NCBI GenBank assembly: GCA_008632985.1
Contig: QPGO01000324.1
Coordinates: 1-54,573, forward strand
Direction of reading: 5' to 3'
DNA from: Psammoneis japonica
Taxonomy: Eukaryota
DNA length: 54,573 bases
The notes beneath the pieces were generated by a model. It searched no databases. It saw only the letters and a program-made list of their open reading frames with translations, and was not told where the DNA came from. Below, one piece after another: positions 13,101-24,335 of the stretch; the stretch's first letter is position 1; every line of letters begins with the position of its first letter. The position numbers and the translations under genes were made by a program.

Positions 13101-14526
13101 TTGTCAGGGCTGCCTGGGAAGAACTCAACCTGAGGCTTGATCGCCATGAGCAGCACCTCCACCACAGCCACCTCCACCATGGCCAGCACCTGGTTGGTTG
13201 GTCTTGTTCCATCTCCTTGGTGGCATGGTCAATGAACACACAAAATGACAGAAGGGTGTTGATTGAAGTCCCGGAGCTGGGGAGTGTGCAAGCATGAGTG
13301 CAAAAATTTCATCTTGACAAGAGCCAATTGATGTGACAAAATGAAACTTTTGTTAAATGCATGCATGACATTGGCAACCAAATGATTCATTAAAGTTGTT
13401 TCAGGTCATTCAAACATCAGCAATGTGGTGCAAACATGGAATTTAAACCAAAATTGTTGCTGCAAAAGCAATGCAGATGGGAATCAACTGACAGACAGGT
13501 GTGTCATTTTGTCAAAAACATGAATTGTCACTGCCTCACAAGACAAAAAAATGCAAACACAGGTTGCATGCAGCACCACACAATGAAAGCAGTGGGGACA
13601 GGCAATGGCATTGTGGAGGGGACAGAGGAAAATGTGGGACACAAGGTGAGAAAGAGGGAACAAGTGGCAAATGCATGGAGCCAGGGCGAACGATGCACAC
13701 AACTTGCAGTTGCAAAAATCTTTGCAGACAGACATCCAGACTCACAAGCAAAGCCAAAATTGATGACAAGAAGTGGGGAGGGTGAAAAGGTGAACAGCAA
13801 CAGCACATGAGACGTGCTTGCAAGAAACACAAGACACACAAAAATCTGATCATTCGCACGAGGTTTTCTCTGATTGCAGGTGATGCTTTGGCCAACCAAA
13901 GAGGAGGAATGTAAGATGGATTGTTGCAAGACAATGTCATTCCCAGATGTGGATGATTGAGGAGAGGAGAGCAACAATGGTTGCAAGGGAGAACACAGGG
14001 GCCAGACACCCACCGTGCAGGGGCTGTGAATGATGACAGAAACTGGTGCAATGCAGGAGAAGAACAAGGATGGGAAGAAGGGAGCATTTGGCATTCAGTG
14101 TAGAAAAAACCAGACAGAGCATTTGTGAGTCAGACAATGTGAAGCACACAGCCAATGTGCAACCAGGTTAACAAGACAATTGAACATCATTGTTGTCAAA
14201 GACAAACAATCTCAAAAAAAGGTTGCCAACACACACTTGTTAAGACAGAAACAAATGCAAGTGATGAGTTTCATTGACTGTGTTTTTTCACTTGGAAGGT
14301 CAGTTTAAGCATGGACAGAGAATCAAAAATGTTGTTAAAATGAAAAGATGTGAACAATTGTCAAGAATGTGTGCACAATGAGACTGATTTTCATCAACCA
14401 CATTGTCCTGCTTGGAAGGTTCCAACAATTGTTAAAATGGCTTTGCACATGATCAACAAGCACTTGTTGAGAATGCAGGATTCTTGTCAAGCAAATGTGA
14501 GTTCTGAACAAGAGCAACAACATTTT

Positions 14527-15880
14527 CCAGATGAAGGCATTTCAGAATTGGTGGACCCACCATCTTGGCTGTCCTCCCTTCCCCATTGGACACGTCCTCC
14601 CAGTGCACCAAGCCCTGCAAGGCCACCCAGAATCTCCATGCTTGTGGGACATTCACGTCAACAAGATCATGCAGTCTTCATCTGTCCCTTTGCCCCACCA
14701 CCCATGAACCATGCATTTGCAGTGGAGTCGTTGATGGCAAGTCTGTTTTTCTCTTGAAACAGGAGGTGGATGATTTCACCATGGCAGTTAACTCAGAAGC
14801 CACCTGTCACAAGATGTGTGACATCTTTGATCTCCATCTGAAAGGAGAAAAAATCAAATGCCAGGGATTGCTCACCCAATTTCTTGGTTGTGACGTGGAA
14901 CAAACTGGGGGCTGTGTTTGGCTTCACAGCACTTCATGTGTCAAGCACATCCTGGTGTACTGCCCCAACCTGTCTGTCAGCAGCTCTGACTTCCATGGCC
15001 CTGTGACACCAGAGACGCCCATGCCAGGCAATTCTGACCATGCAAAGCTTTTGGATGAAGTTCCCACTCTGCTGGACTTTGCCTCTGCCAAGTCTCTCCA
15101 GACTGCTCAAGGGTTTTTGTGCCACCATGCCATTGGTGAACTCATGTGGGCAATGGTGACTGCCTGAGTTGACCTGAGTTTTGCCACAACCAAACTCAGC
15201 CAGCTCAGCTCCAGACCCCAGCCAGCTGCACTGTGAAGGCATCAAGCATGTGCTGCAGAATCTGCAGGCACACCCAGATTTTGGTTTGACCTGCTGGTGG
15301 ACTCAACCCTGCCCTGCATTCTTGTTTGTGCCTCCTCTGCCCCTCTTGCGGTCCCTCACAACCATGCAGAACTGCGCGTCCGCATGCCGAGTCACCCACG
15401 GAACTCACCAGCTGCAAGGGCTCCAACTGGTCTGCTGACATCCACCACTGCTGCACTGTCAGTGGCATTGCCCACCTGCTTGCGGGCATGGCCATCATTT
15501 GGAAAACTTGGGTTCAGTCCACAGTGTCCACTTTTTCCTCAGAAGCAGAGTTCATTGCGGCATCAGACACTGGTGAGATGGCTTTGCATTTGCACTCTGT
15601 TCTTGATGAACCAAATGTGCCACTGACACAGGCTGTGCTGACGTATGAAGACAATGTGGCCTCTCAGCTGATGGCCAAAGCCAGTCACCCCACCCATCAC
15701 ACATGGCACATGATGGACATCAGGCACTTTGCCCTGCAGGATTGGGTGGAAAGAGATGTGGTGTGCCTTGACAGAGTTCCCACTGTGGCCAATTGCCGCG
15801 ACACACTCACCAAGAACTTAGTGCAGATTTCATTCTTTTGCCATCTTGACATGCTCTCTGGTCACATTCAACCTGCGCAT
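14527..15880 (+). mobile_element. Ty1/Copia pol relic (reverse transcriptase + RNase H)
   Basis: WWTHHLGCPPFPIGHVLPVHQALQGHPESPCLW, PTTHEPCICSG, QEVDDF, AIGELMWAMVTA*VDLSFATTKLSQ, SSEAEFIAA, TYEDN, DIRHFALQDWVE, DTLTK. Contains stops and frameshifts. Confidence 0.9.
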
Positions 15881-15882
15881 TG

Positions 15883-15961
15883 NNNNNNNNNNNNNNNNNN
15901 NNNNNNNNNNNNNNNNNNNNNNNNNNNNNNNNNNNNNNNNNNNNNNNNNNNNNNNNNNNNN
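15883..15961. other. Assembly gap (79 N)
   Basis: Run of N followed by poly-G. Confidence 1.
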
Positions 15962-16006
15962 GGGGGGGGGGGGGGGTCTTTTGGTGATGGCATCATTCCA
16001 CATGGA

Positions 16007-16489
16007 TGCAGGGATCATTGTCACCACCATCATCCCCTGCTTCCTTGCACATGCCCCATGCACCTCCCAACAGGCAATGAAATGCAGATGCGTTGCAAAG
16101 TGCTGTTGTTGAAATTGTGAGCCAGTTCATTCTGGAAAAAGTAAAATCATGTGAACAGGGAACCTTGTCAAATTTCAAATTCCCGTTCATTCAAATTTTG
16201 CATCACATCAAAGCCATTGCTGTTCACACTGTGGATCATGCAGGTCAGGCCACCACATGTCTCTTCCACAAGTGACGTCATCATGATGGGCTGCATTGCC
16301 ATTGGGGGGCAGGCAATGGGCCGCTGCATTTGCACACATCAGTGCTCTCCAGGCACTCCTCTGAATTTGCCTGTCCTCCTTGGATTGTGCTTCCCAGGTG
16401 TGCAAGAGCAGTGCCATGCTGCTGAATGCCAGAGGCTGGTGCCTGGTGCATGCCTCACCATGTTGTCCAGTGAGGATGCATGTTGCACA
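16007..16489 (-). repeat. 3' LTR of the Gypsy element
   Basis: Aligns colinearly with 20819-21282. On the minus strand it starts TGTGCAACA just after a purine run (GGGGAAG, 16490-16496, PPT-like) and ends ...CCTGCA. Confidence 0.8.
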
Positions 16490-19400
16490 CTTCCCCATGA
16501 CCCAGGACACCAATTGTCAGGATGTGGTGCCAGTGACAGGGTGTGATCTGTTGCAGGTTGTGTGTGTCTGTCAGCACTCTGTTCTGGATGCACAGCATGC
16601 TGTTGTCATGTGTGCAGACAGCTCTGGCTGGGCCTGCATGACTGCTGTCAGCATCACATTTTGACTTTTGTTCTTGGTTGACAAGAGTGCCAATTGTCAA
16701 ACAGTGTGTCAGAATTCTTTTGTTTCTCACTTTCATGCTTGTTGTTCAAGTGAACAAGCTTCTGCTTTCTGCATCACATCTGAAGAGCAACTGCACAGGA
16801 CCAGGACATGTGGTTGCATGTGCCACAGCATGTTTTGCAAAAACTGCAGCAGATGGAAGGCTTCTCCATGGGTCATCCTCATCCAGCTCCACATCCTGCG
16901 CTGAAAATGAGTGTGCCACATTGCCAAGCATCTGGTGTGCATGTTCCACTGTGGCACTCATGCCCCTGTGGATTGCACTTGCTTGTGTTTCTTTTTGAGT
17001 GCCACAACCATTTTGCATCATCTGGCTGAACTCTGCCATGAGTTCTGTTCCACGGTCATAAACAACCTGTGCTGGCCACAGGCATCTGCATGGTCCCAGG
17101 GGGCTTGTTCCATGATGTTGCTGCTGCATCCACACATTTTGCAACACTTTCTTGATCTCAAACCATCCAGTTGCCGAGTCAATCATCATGGTCATGGTCA
17201 CCCACAACCACAAGGTGTCTTTGCCACATCTTTGAATTTTTCAGGGCCCTGTCACATCCATGCACAGAGTTTCCCAAGGAATTGTCTCTGTGCCACCTTT
17301 TCTGGCAACTTCCCACAATGCTGCATTCTGTGTTTTGTCTTCTGGGGGCATTGTTGGTCACACTCAATGCATGCAAACTGCAGTGCAGACCTCATGCCAG
17401 GCCAATGGAGAAGTGCTGGGGGCAACAGCCATTTTTGCATGTGTCTCGCTGGGATGACACAGTTGTTCATGGCACCATTCAGCTCAGGAGGGAACCTGTG
17501 ATGACTGTGGGGGGTGCAACAATTTTGTCCTCATGACACTGTGTGGATGGAGCAGCAGTTGTGCAAGTCCTCAGATCATGACAGCAGGCACTTGTCCTGT
17601 TGCTGCTCTTTTGGATCCACTTGAAGCCAGCAGGCAACAACATCAACTGCACTGCATCCGTGCTGAAAGCTTTGTGCAATGGATGAAATGACAGCATCTC
17701 TCAAACCAAGACTTCCAGATTACACTTGGAAGGCAAGCCAGTTGCCAGTTGAAGTCAGCTCAAGTTGTGTTGTCCTTTGACATGCCGCAATTCAGGGCTG
17801 CATTCTTCTTTGCACATTGGCCTCCAGCGCATCATGTGTTTGGTGTTGAACACCTTGCAAGCAAGATTTTTGTGATCAGTGCACATGATTGCATGTTGAC
17901 CAAGGAGAATCACACAAAGTTTTTTCAACATCTCCACAATGGCAAGAGCAATTCTCTCTCCATTGTTGTGTGGTTCAATTGCATGCTGTTGAGCTTTCTG
18001 CTGCAGAGCACAACTGGTTTTTTTTGTGTGATGATGTCACTGCTCTAAGTTGACATTAAGATGCATCGACATGCATCTCAAAAGGTTTGCTTGTTAAAGT
18101 CTGGAGTTGCCAACAAGACATCTTCAAACAGTGCTCATTCGACAGTCAGTCTCTCAGATGCCTTGTCTTCAATGGATGTCTAATTCCAACTGACAGCCCC
18201 ACTTCTTGTGCAAGTCTCATGAGGGGGGCCAAATTTTCAGAATGTCCAAGCCATGCCTCATGGCAGCAGTTTGCCATGCCCACAATTGAGTGGAGTTTGC
18301 ACTTGTTTGCAGGCTTTGCAGCATGTTCAATGGCTTTGACTTTAGTGGGTGTTGGTTGCACACTTTCTTGGTTGACCAAACATCCCAAGCACTCCAATTG
18401 GGTCTGACACAAAAGCAAGACTTCATTGCATTGACTTTCAGCCCTGCCTTCTTGACTCACAACAAGACTTCTTCAACTTTGTGTGGAGGTGGGTTCACAG
18501 GTGCCTTTCATCACAATGAGGAGGTCATCTGAGTGTGTTCATGTGAACAACAGATCCTCAAACAAGGTTGACATTTTCTCCTGAAACTTGTCTGGTGAAT
18601 TGCACAGTCCCATGGGCAACACCTGCATCTTGCGCTTTCCCCATGAGAGGAAAATGAGCATGCAGAGCTTCTTGCTGTCACTGTCCAACTGGATGTGATG
18701 GTGCACTGCACTTGGATCCAAAGATGTGGCCCACACAAGCCTTCCAGCTTTGGCAGCATGTCCTGGATGTGAGGAATTGAACAAGGTGCTTGCTTTGTCC
18801 TCTTGTTCAGCTCCCTGAGAAATCATTGACAAAGCCCAGTCAAGCTGCTGAGTCTTTCTTCAGTGCAATGAAAGATGGAGCTGCCCCCACTGGGATCAGT
18901 CAACATGTTTAAGAGCACCCACACATGCAAGGCACTCTGCTTCTTCATGCAGCATGGCTTTGTGCAAATGAGGTGCTTTGTGTAGATGTCCACGACATGG
19001 TTCTGCATCCTCCTCAAGTTGGGTGTGGCAGGGATCTCCTTTCCAGTGTCCCAATGTCCCATCAACAAACAGGCACTCATGTTGCTTCAATGAGTCCAAC
19101 AGCTTCGCTTGTTGAACACCACCAATTCCCATTGACCCTTGCATTTTGTCCTCAAGGAATGCTGGTGTGCACTTCCTTGGCATCCAAAATGCATGAAATT
19201 TGGTCACTTTCTGACACACCAAGGGCTCTGGATCTTGAAGAAAGAAGGAGGTTTCTGCTGCAGCATCTGTGTTCCTTGTTGGCACTTCTCCATCAACTGT
19301 GGGCCACTCAACAATCTGTTTGGAGAAGACTGTGTCAATGTGCTGTGTTGCCAGAATGTCACATCCAATGATCGTGTCACAATTGCCCAACTTTCTGTCA

Positions 19401-20818
19401 TGTGGACTGTGGACTTTGTGTGCAAGTTCTGCAGTCTTGGATGACTCTGGCAACTTGATTTTTATGGTGCAATTGTCAGTCATTTTAAATGAGCCTGCAG
19501 CAGTGCTCCAGCTTGTCTTGGCCATCACCTGGCTTTGCAAACACTTGTGGCATTGCTTGTCCAGCAGAGTGCTTGCTGCTGCCAGCGCCACTGTCTGGCA
19601 GTGCCCCAATTGTCTGAGTCTTGCCTTTGCTGTGCTGGGCATTCATGGACACAAACAAGACAGGTGTCAAGTGAGTCTTTTTAACCTGTTTGTGGGATTG
19701 GCCCACAACACAAGTGTGATGGCATGACAAATTTTCATTTGTGCATTCATCCAAGGTGTTGAAGCTTCTGGCATTGCACCAGCCTCCTCCTCAGACATCC
19801 ACTTCAGAGTCATCTTTGGAGTTGCTGATGTGCAGATTGTGGAAATGACTGAGCTCCTCCCTGCATTCCGCCTTGCACTTTTTCTTTGCATTGGAGATGT
19901 GGGTCTCTGCTTTCTTCTTGACAACAGAGCTCAACTCTTTCTCATTGGTCATGTGGCCACACAGTCAATCCCGTGTGGCATGCATGACTTCTGGGTCTTC
20001 TTCTGTCTCATGATCAATGACTTGTTGTTGTCAGCTCTGCAGCCCTGCTTGCATGTAGAACCTTGGCACTTTGGCCCAGGATGCCCCCTCACCCCACATC
20101 CTCCACCTGCTCAACTCACTTGCACAATGAGACAAATTTGGCTGTGGTGTGCGCCAACATGTCAGAATTCTGCAGCACCAAAACAGGTTGCATGGCTCAT
20201 CATTGGCAATGACTCCAGAGTGTCTCCACCATCCATTGCAAGCAGAAACTGAGGGATGTGGCAATTGATCTCAACTGCCCTCACGACATGCTTGCATCTC
20301 TTGAACACAGCCGGCTTGCACATGAAACATCACAGACAACACTTTTGCAGTGGGGCCTGCCACCCTGTGTGGAAAGATGCTCTCCATGATTTTTGCCACA
20401 CACACCTTGAAGGTGATGTCAGTCTTGGCATCCTGTGCATCAGCAGCACTCTCAAAAATTGTTGGAGCAGCACTGCCCTTGAGAAGCCTGTGAACAATGA
20501 GTGAATGTTTTGTGGGTCCTGCAGCAATGTTTTGCCCCTGGAACAAGTTCTCGGTGCTGTGCTCAAAAACAAGCCACTTGTCCCACGTTCCTGCAGAAAA
20601 GTGTGACAAACTCAGCTCCCATGTGGAACTGTTGGGAAATGCAGGATTGTTGTGCAGCTTGTGCATCTGGTGCTTGCCCTTTTGAAGCTCTCCTTCTTTT
20701 CCAGGTGCGCAAACAGAATTGGCAGTTGAGCCCACTTCTTCATGGTTGGTTTCACAGTTGTTGGTCCTGCCAACATGTCACAGTCTCAGCTCTCATGGAT
20801 TTGCAACCTTGTGCACCA

Positions 20819-21282
20819 TGCAGGAGCAATGTTTTGCTGTGCCCCATGCACCCAACAGGCAATGAAAATGTGGGTGTGGTGTCACAAAAGTGCCATTGTG
20901 AAAATTGTGGGCCAGCTCATTTCAGAAAAAATGGAGAGTGTGTGAAAAGGGAATCTTGTCAAGTTCGCACTCATTTGGATTTTGTGTTGCATCAAAGCTG
21001 TCACACTGCTTGCATTGTGGATTGTGCAAATCAGGCTGTCATGCACCTTCCACAAATGATGTTGTCATGATGGGCTACACTGCTGTTGGGGGGCAGACAA
21101 TGGGCCAGTGCTGCTGTGCGCATGGATTCTCCAGGCATTCCTCTAAATTTGCCTGAGTTGGAGAGCCATGTCCCAGTTGGATTGTGCTCCCCAGGTGTGC
21201 ATGAGCAGCACTGCACTGCCATGCCCTAGAGGCCAGTGCATGGCCTTGCCATGTTGTCCAGAGTGAGAATGCATGCTGCACA
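20819..21282 (-). repeat. 5' LTR of the Gypsy element
   Basis: On the minus strand it starts TGTGCAGCA and ends ...CCTGCA, followed directly by TGGTGCACAAGG (PBS-like, 20818-20807). No clear target-site duplication. Confidence 0.8.
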
Positions 21283-22645
21283 GGAGCCATTGCCAAGGTG
21301 GACACACAGAACACACAGCTGGCCTCTGCCATCTTGCTGTCAGGGTTCTCCAAAGGCTGGGCTCCACCGCCTTGGAGTTGCCAGCCAAAGTGATGGCAAA
21401 TGCCTCCAACAGCTGCTTTGACTGCAAGTTGGCAGCAGCAGCCTTTTTCCCTCTGTCATCTGTTGCCTCTGGCTTGTGGCTTTGGAAAAGATGTGGGGTG
21501 CAGCCCTGGACACCCTTCTTGACCTTGCACATTCATGGGCAACAAGTTGAGCTGCTTTGGCCATGATTGGGCACTTTGTCTTGCCATGTGTTTTTGTTTC
21601 TTCAGCAGTCACAACCAGCCCCAGTGCCATGGGGGCACCCCACATTGCCATGGTGTGGGTGGCTGCAATGTTTTCTGATGACACACCCAGCGGCAATTTG
21701 ACCAAGCACTTGCTCTCTTCAAGAACAGGACAGACAAGCATGGTGGAGCCGTGGGTGCCAAGTTGTCCACCAGCAGCGGGTTTGATGAGAGGCTGGCATG
21801 GACTCAGAGCATGGTTGTCCTGCAAACATGTTGGGAAGAGCCTCTGCCTTCTGAGGCTGGTGACAACACACCAACAGCGGGGCTCAGTGCGCACTTGTTT
21901 GCAAGGAGCTGGTGGCAACAAGTGAGAAGTTGTTGGGCCAGACATCCAGTGCAGCCATGCAGCAACCAGATCAATTGTGTCCTCAACAATGTGCGCAAGT
22001 GTGTGCTGCGTGCCTCCATGCTTGCCAAGCACTTTGCCCAGGTGAAGCATTTTTTCTTTCTTGTTTTTCCCCAAGAGCAGGGTGCTGCTGTCCACCAAGA
22101 TGGAAGAGAAGATTGGGGGAGGGGCAGAATCAAGACTTGAAAAGTGCCACAATCTTGTCAGGAATTTTGCAAGAATGCTGTTGCCATGATGAGATGACCG
22201 TCACTTGCAGGTTCTTGTCTTTGCGAGGAACGCCGCGCACTTGTGCAAGCAGCAGCTGTGATGTTTGATGTTTGCAAGCACACCAAGATCACAAGATCAT
22301 CAATCGGTCAGCGGTCAGCAAAAGAGGAGCTGCAGAAAGAGGACGCTACAATGCCATTTTGATGTGTTGCTGTCAGGTGTCGTCGTGACAAAGTGCCGTG
22401 TTTTCTACTTTCTGCTGGTAGAGTCAGCAGTTTCTGTAGCAGGCAGGAGTGGCTACATTTCCAAGTGCGTAACGTAAGCAAGAGGTGTGGCTCTGGCGCA
22501 GCTTCTGTGGGCCACAGCGCGCGCGCTAAAAAGGAACGGTGCTGGTGCTGGCTACATACAGTAGGCTGGTGGCTACGGCTGGTGGCTGGTTTTCTTTGCG
22601 GATTACCAACCTCGCGGTGTTGAAGCTGGACTCTAGTTAGAGAAG

Positions 22646-23872
22646 ATGTCACGATGGCCGACAGCATCGTTGACAAAGGCGTATGCTGTGTTCCTCGTCA
22701 TTTTGTGGACAACAACACTTTGTGGTTACTACGTCGATCGAATTTTTCTGGAAAATTATCATGTTGATATCGCGTTGGATGATGACTCCAATCCGCAGCA
22801 CAAAATGTGCGACTCGCTCACTGCTTATAATCGGGAAGACCTTGTCATCCAAGAGCCACATTTTGACCTGGATGGCGCAGAAAAGTCGGTTCGAAAGCAC
22901 GGGAGCGCCATTTTTCCAAACGTTTTGTCTCCAGAGCTCGTTGTGCCTCTTCGTGAGGCGATTCTGAAGGCCAATGAGAAAGACGGGTCTGAACCTGAAC
23001 AAAAAGGACGGAACGCACAGTGGCTTTCTGTTCATGATGATCCAGTGATTGTGGAGGCGCTCAAGGAAATTGTGCAGCACCCGATTCTCCGACCAATCAT
23101 GGATCGTGTCCTTGGTCCCAACGCGGCTCTGGGCGGTTTCTCTTCCTTCATCACTCTCCCAGGAACCGCACCGCAACAATGGCACGCGGACACACTCTTT
23201 CCGTACAGCGCCAGGAGCCAGCCAGAGCTATTTCTTCCGGCATACTCTCTTGTCGTGTCTCTTCAAAACACAACGAGTGAAATGGGGGCCACCTTGGTTT
23301 GCCCGGGAACGCAAAAATGCCATAACGTATACAATCGTCATGCCTGTTTTCCTGCTACTCTGGGTGCGGGAGAAGCCTTGCTATGGTCGCAAGATATGTA
23401 TCACAGAGGAGGTGCTCATGTCAATTTGAATGGCCCGGATCGAATCATGCTCTTTCTCAAATTCTTCCCCTCACGGAATGCCACGGAGACGAGGCATTTG
23501 CCCGAATCGAGATTTCAGATGCATTGGCAGATGTTTGGACATACACTGAATGACGTTGCAACCATCGACAAGCGTCCATGGACGGCTTGGCAAGCTGTTG
23601 GACTGTCTCCATTTAACAAAAATCCTGCTGGTTATTCCTTCATTTCCTACGTCTTGGACAAAGTTGCAAACGAATTGAAACCACACCCACAGCAAAAGCT
23701 TATGGGAATAGAAATCACCATCAAACGGAGGCACGTGGAACGCTTTTGGTTGCAATGCTTCGTACTTTCTTGCAGGTGCACAGCTCTGTGGTTTGCCTGC
23801 TTTGCAGTACAGAGGCTATTGTTGTATTTCAAGTCCATAGACGAAGAGCATCACGAAAAGAAGGTCTACTAA
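22646..23872 (+). CDS. PhyH-family Fe(II)/2-oxoglutarate dioxygenase with N- and C-terminal hydrophobic segments
   Basis: Intact 408-aa ORF with QQWHADT (HxD), MGATLVCPGT, and a distal HRGGAH..DRIML. Confidence 0.85.
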   Translation: MSRWPTASLTKAYAVFLVILWTTTLCGYYVDRIFLENYHVDIALDDDSNPQHKMCDSLTAYNREDLVIQEPHFDLDGAEKSVRKHGSAIFPNVLSPELVVPLREAILKANEKDGSEPEQKGRNAQWLSVHDDPVIVEALKEIVQHPILRPIMDRVLGPNAALGGFSSFITLPGTAPQQWHADTLFPYSARSQPELFLPAYSLVVSLQNTTSEMGATLVCPGTQKCHNVYNRHACFPATLGAGEALLWSQDMYHRGGAHVNLNGPDRIMLFLKFFPSRNATETRHLPESRFQMHWQMFGHTLNDVATIDKRPWTAWQAVGLSPFNKNPAGYSFISYVLDKVANELKPHPQQKLMGIEITIKRRHVERFWLQCFVLSCRCTALWFACFAVQRLLLYFKSIDEEHHEKKVY

Positions 23873-24335
23873 TACGAAGCGTGAATCTTTCGTCCTTGCC
23901 ATTTTGCGTCTGTGGTGTTCCAATCTATTTGCAGCGATGCTATGTATAGGGCATCTCTGGAGAATAACGAGAAAGTCAAATGCCTCTGAAAGCCGGTAGT
24001 CCTCCTCGATGCCAGATCAGAGTGTCATTTGCCGCACCCTTATGTGTTTAGTACACCCATATGTGTTTGTTAGGACTTTGGCTTGAACCATTGTCCACAT
24101 CTTCAGGACTCAATTCCAAGAGACCATGAACAAGAACGCAGAGTAATTAATATCATGACAGTGGATCGACAGAGTTGCTTCGAGCAAAGTTCCGCAACAC
24201 AGTGCAACGCCAAACGCCCAGCAGTTATATAGTGAACCTATCAAGAGAGATGCTTGTTTGCCACTCTACATTAACATTATAGACTACTTGCTCATTACCT
24301 ACAATAGTATTTCGTCAGATCAACTCAGAATCGAT

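Larger units (their letters stand above)
16007..21282 (-). mobile_element. Near full-length decayed Ty3/Gypsy LTR retrotransposon (gag, protease, RT, RNase H, integrase)
   Basis: Two alignable LTRs. Minus-strand motifs in Gypsy order: gag (LLKGSA ~20480), protease ALPDSGA (~19600), RT LPMGLCNSPDKFQ and THSDDLLIV (18524-18535, from YLDD), RNase H IMCTDHKNL..MRWR..EECSPEL (~17800-17890), integrase MIDSATGWFEI, VVYDRGTE, DEDDPW (~16850-17190). Confidence 0.9.
1297..22346. repeat. Block of nested, heavily mutated transposable elements, depleted of TpA and CpG and rich in TG/CA
   Basis: No TA seen in 1297-2824 and TA is rare throughout; CG is also rare. ORFs are short and Cys/His/Met/Trp-rich. 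Recognisable TE motifs are listed separately. Confidence 0.9.

Noticed and set aside
1297..22346. Dense overlapping 60-270 aa ORFs rich in Cys/His/Met/Trp (also 47.7-54.5 kb), suggestive of metal-binding proteins or an alternative genetic code
   Set aside because: Artefact of TpA loss: TAA/TAG stops are depleted, and TG/CA-containing codons are inflated in all six frames. The real genes use the standard code.
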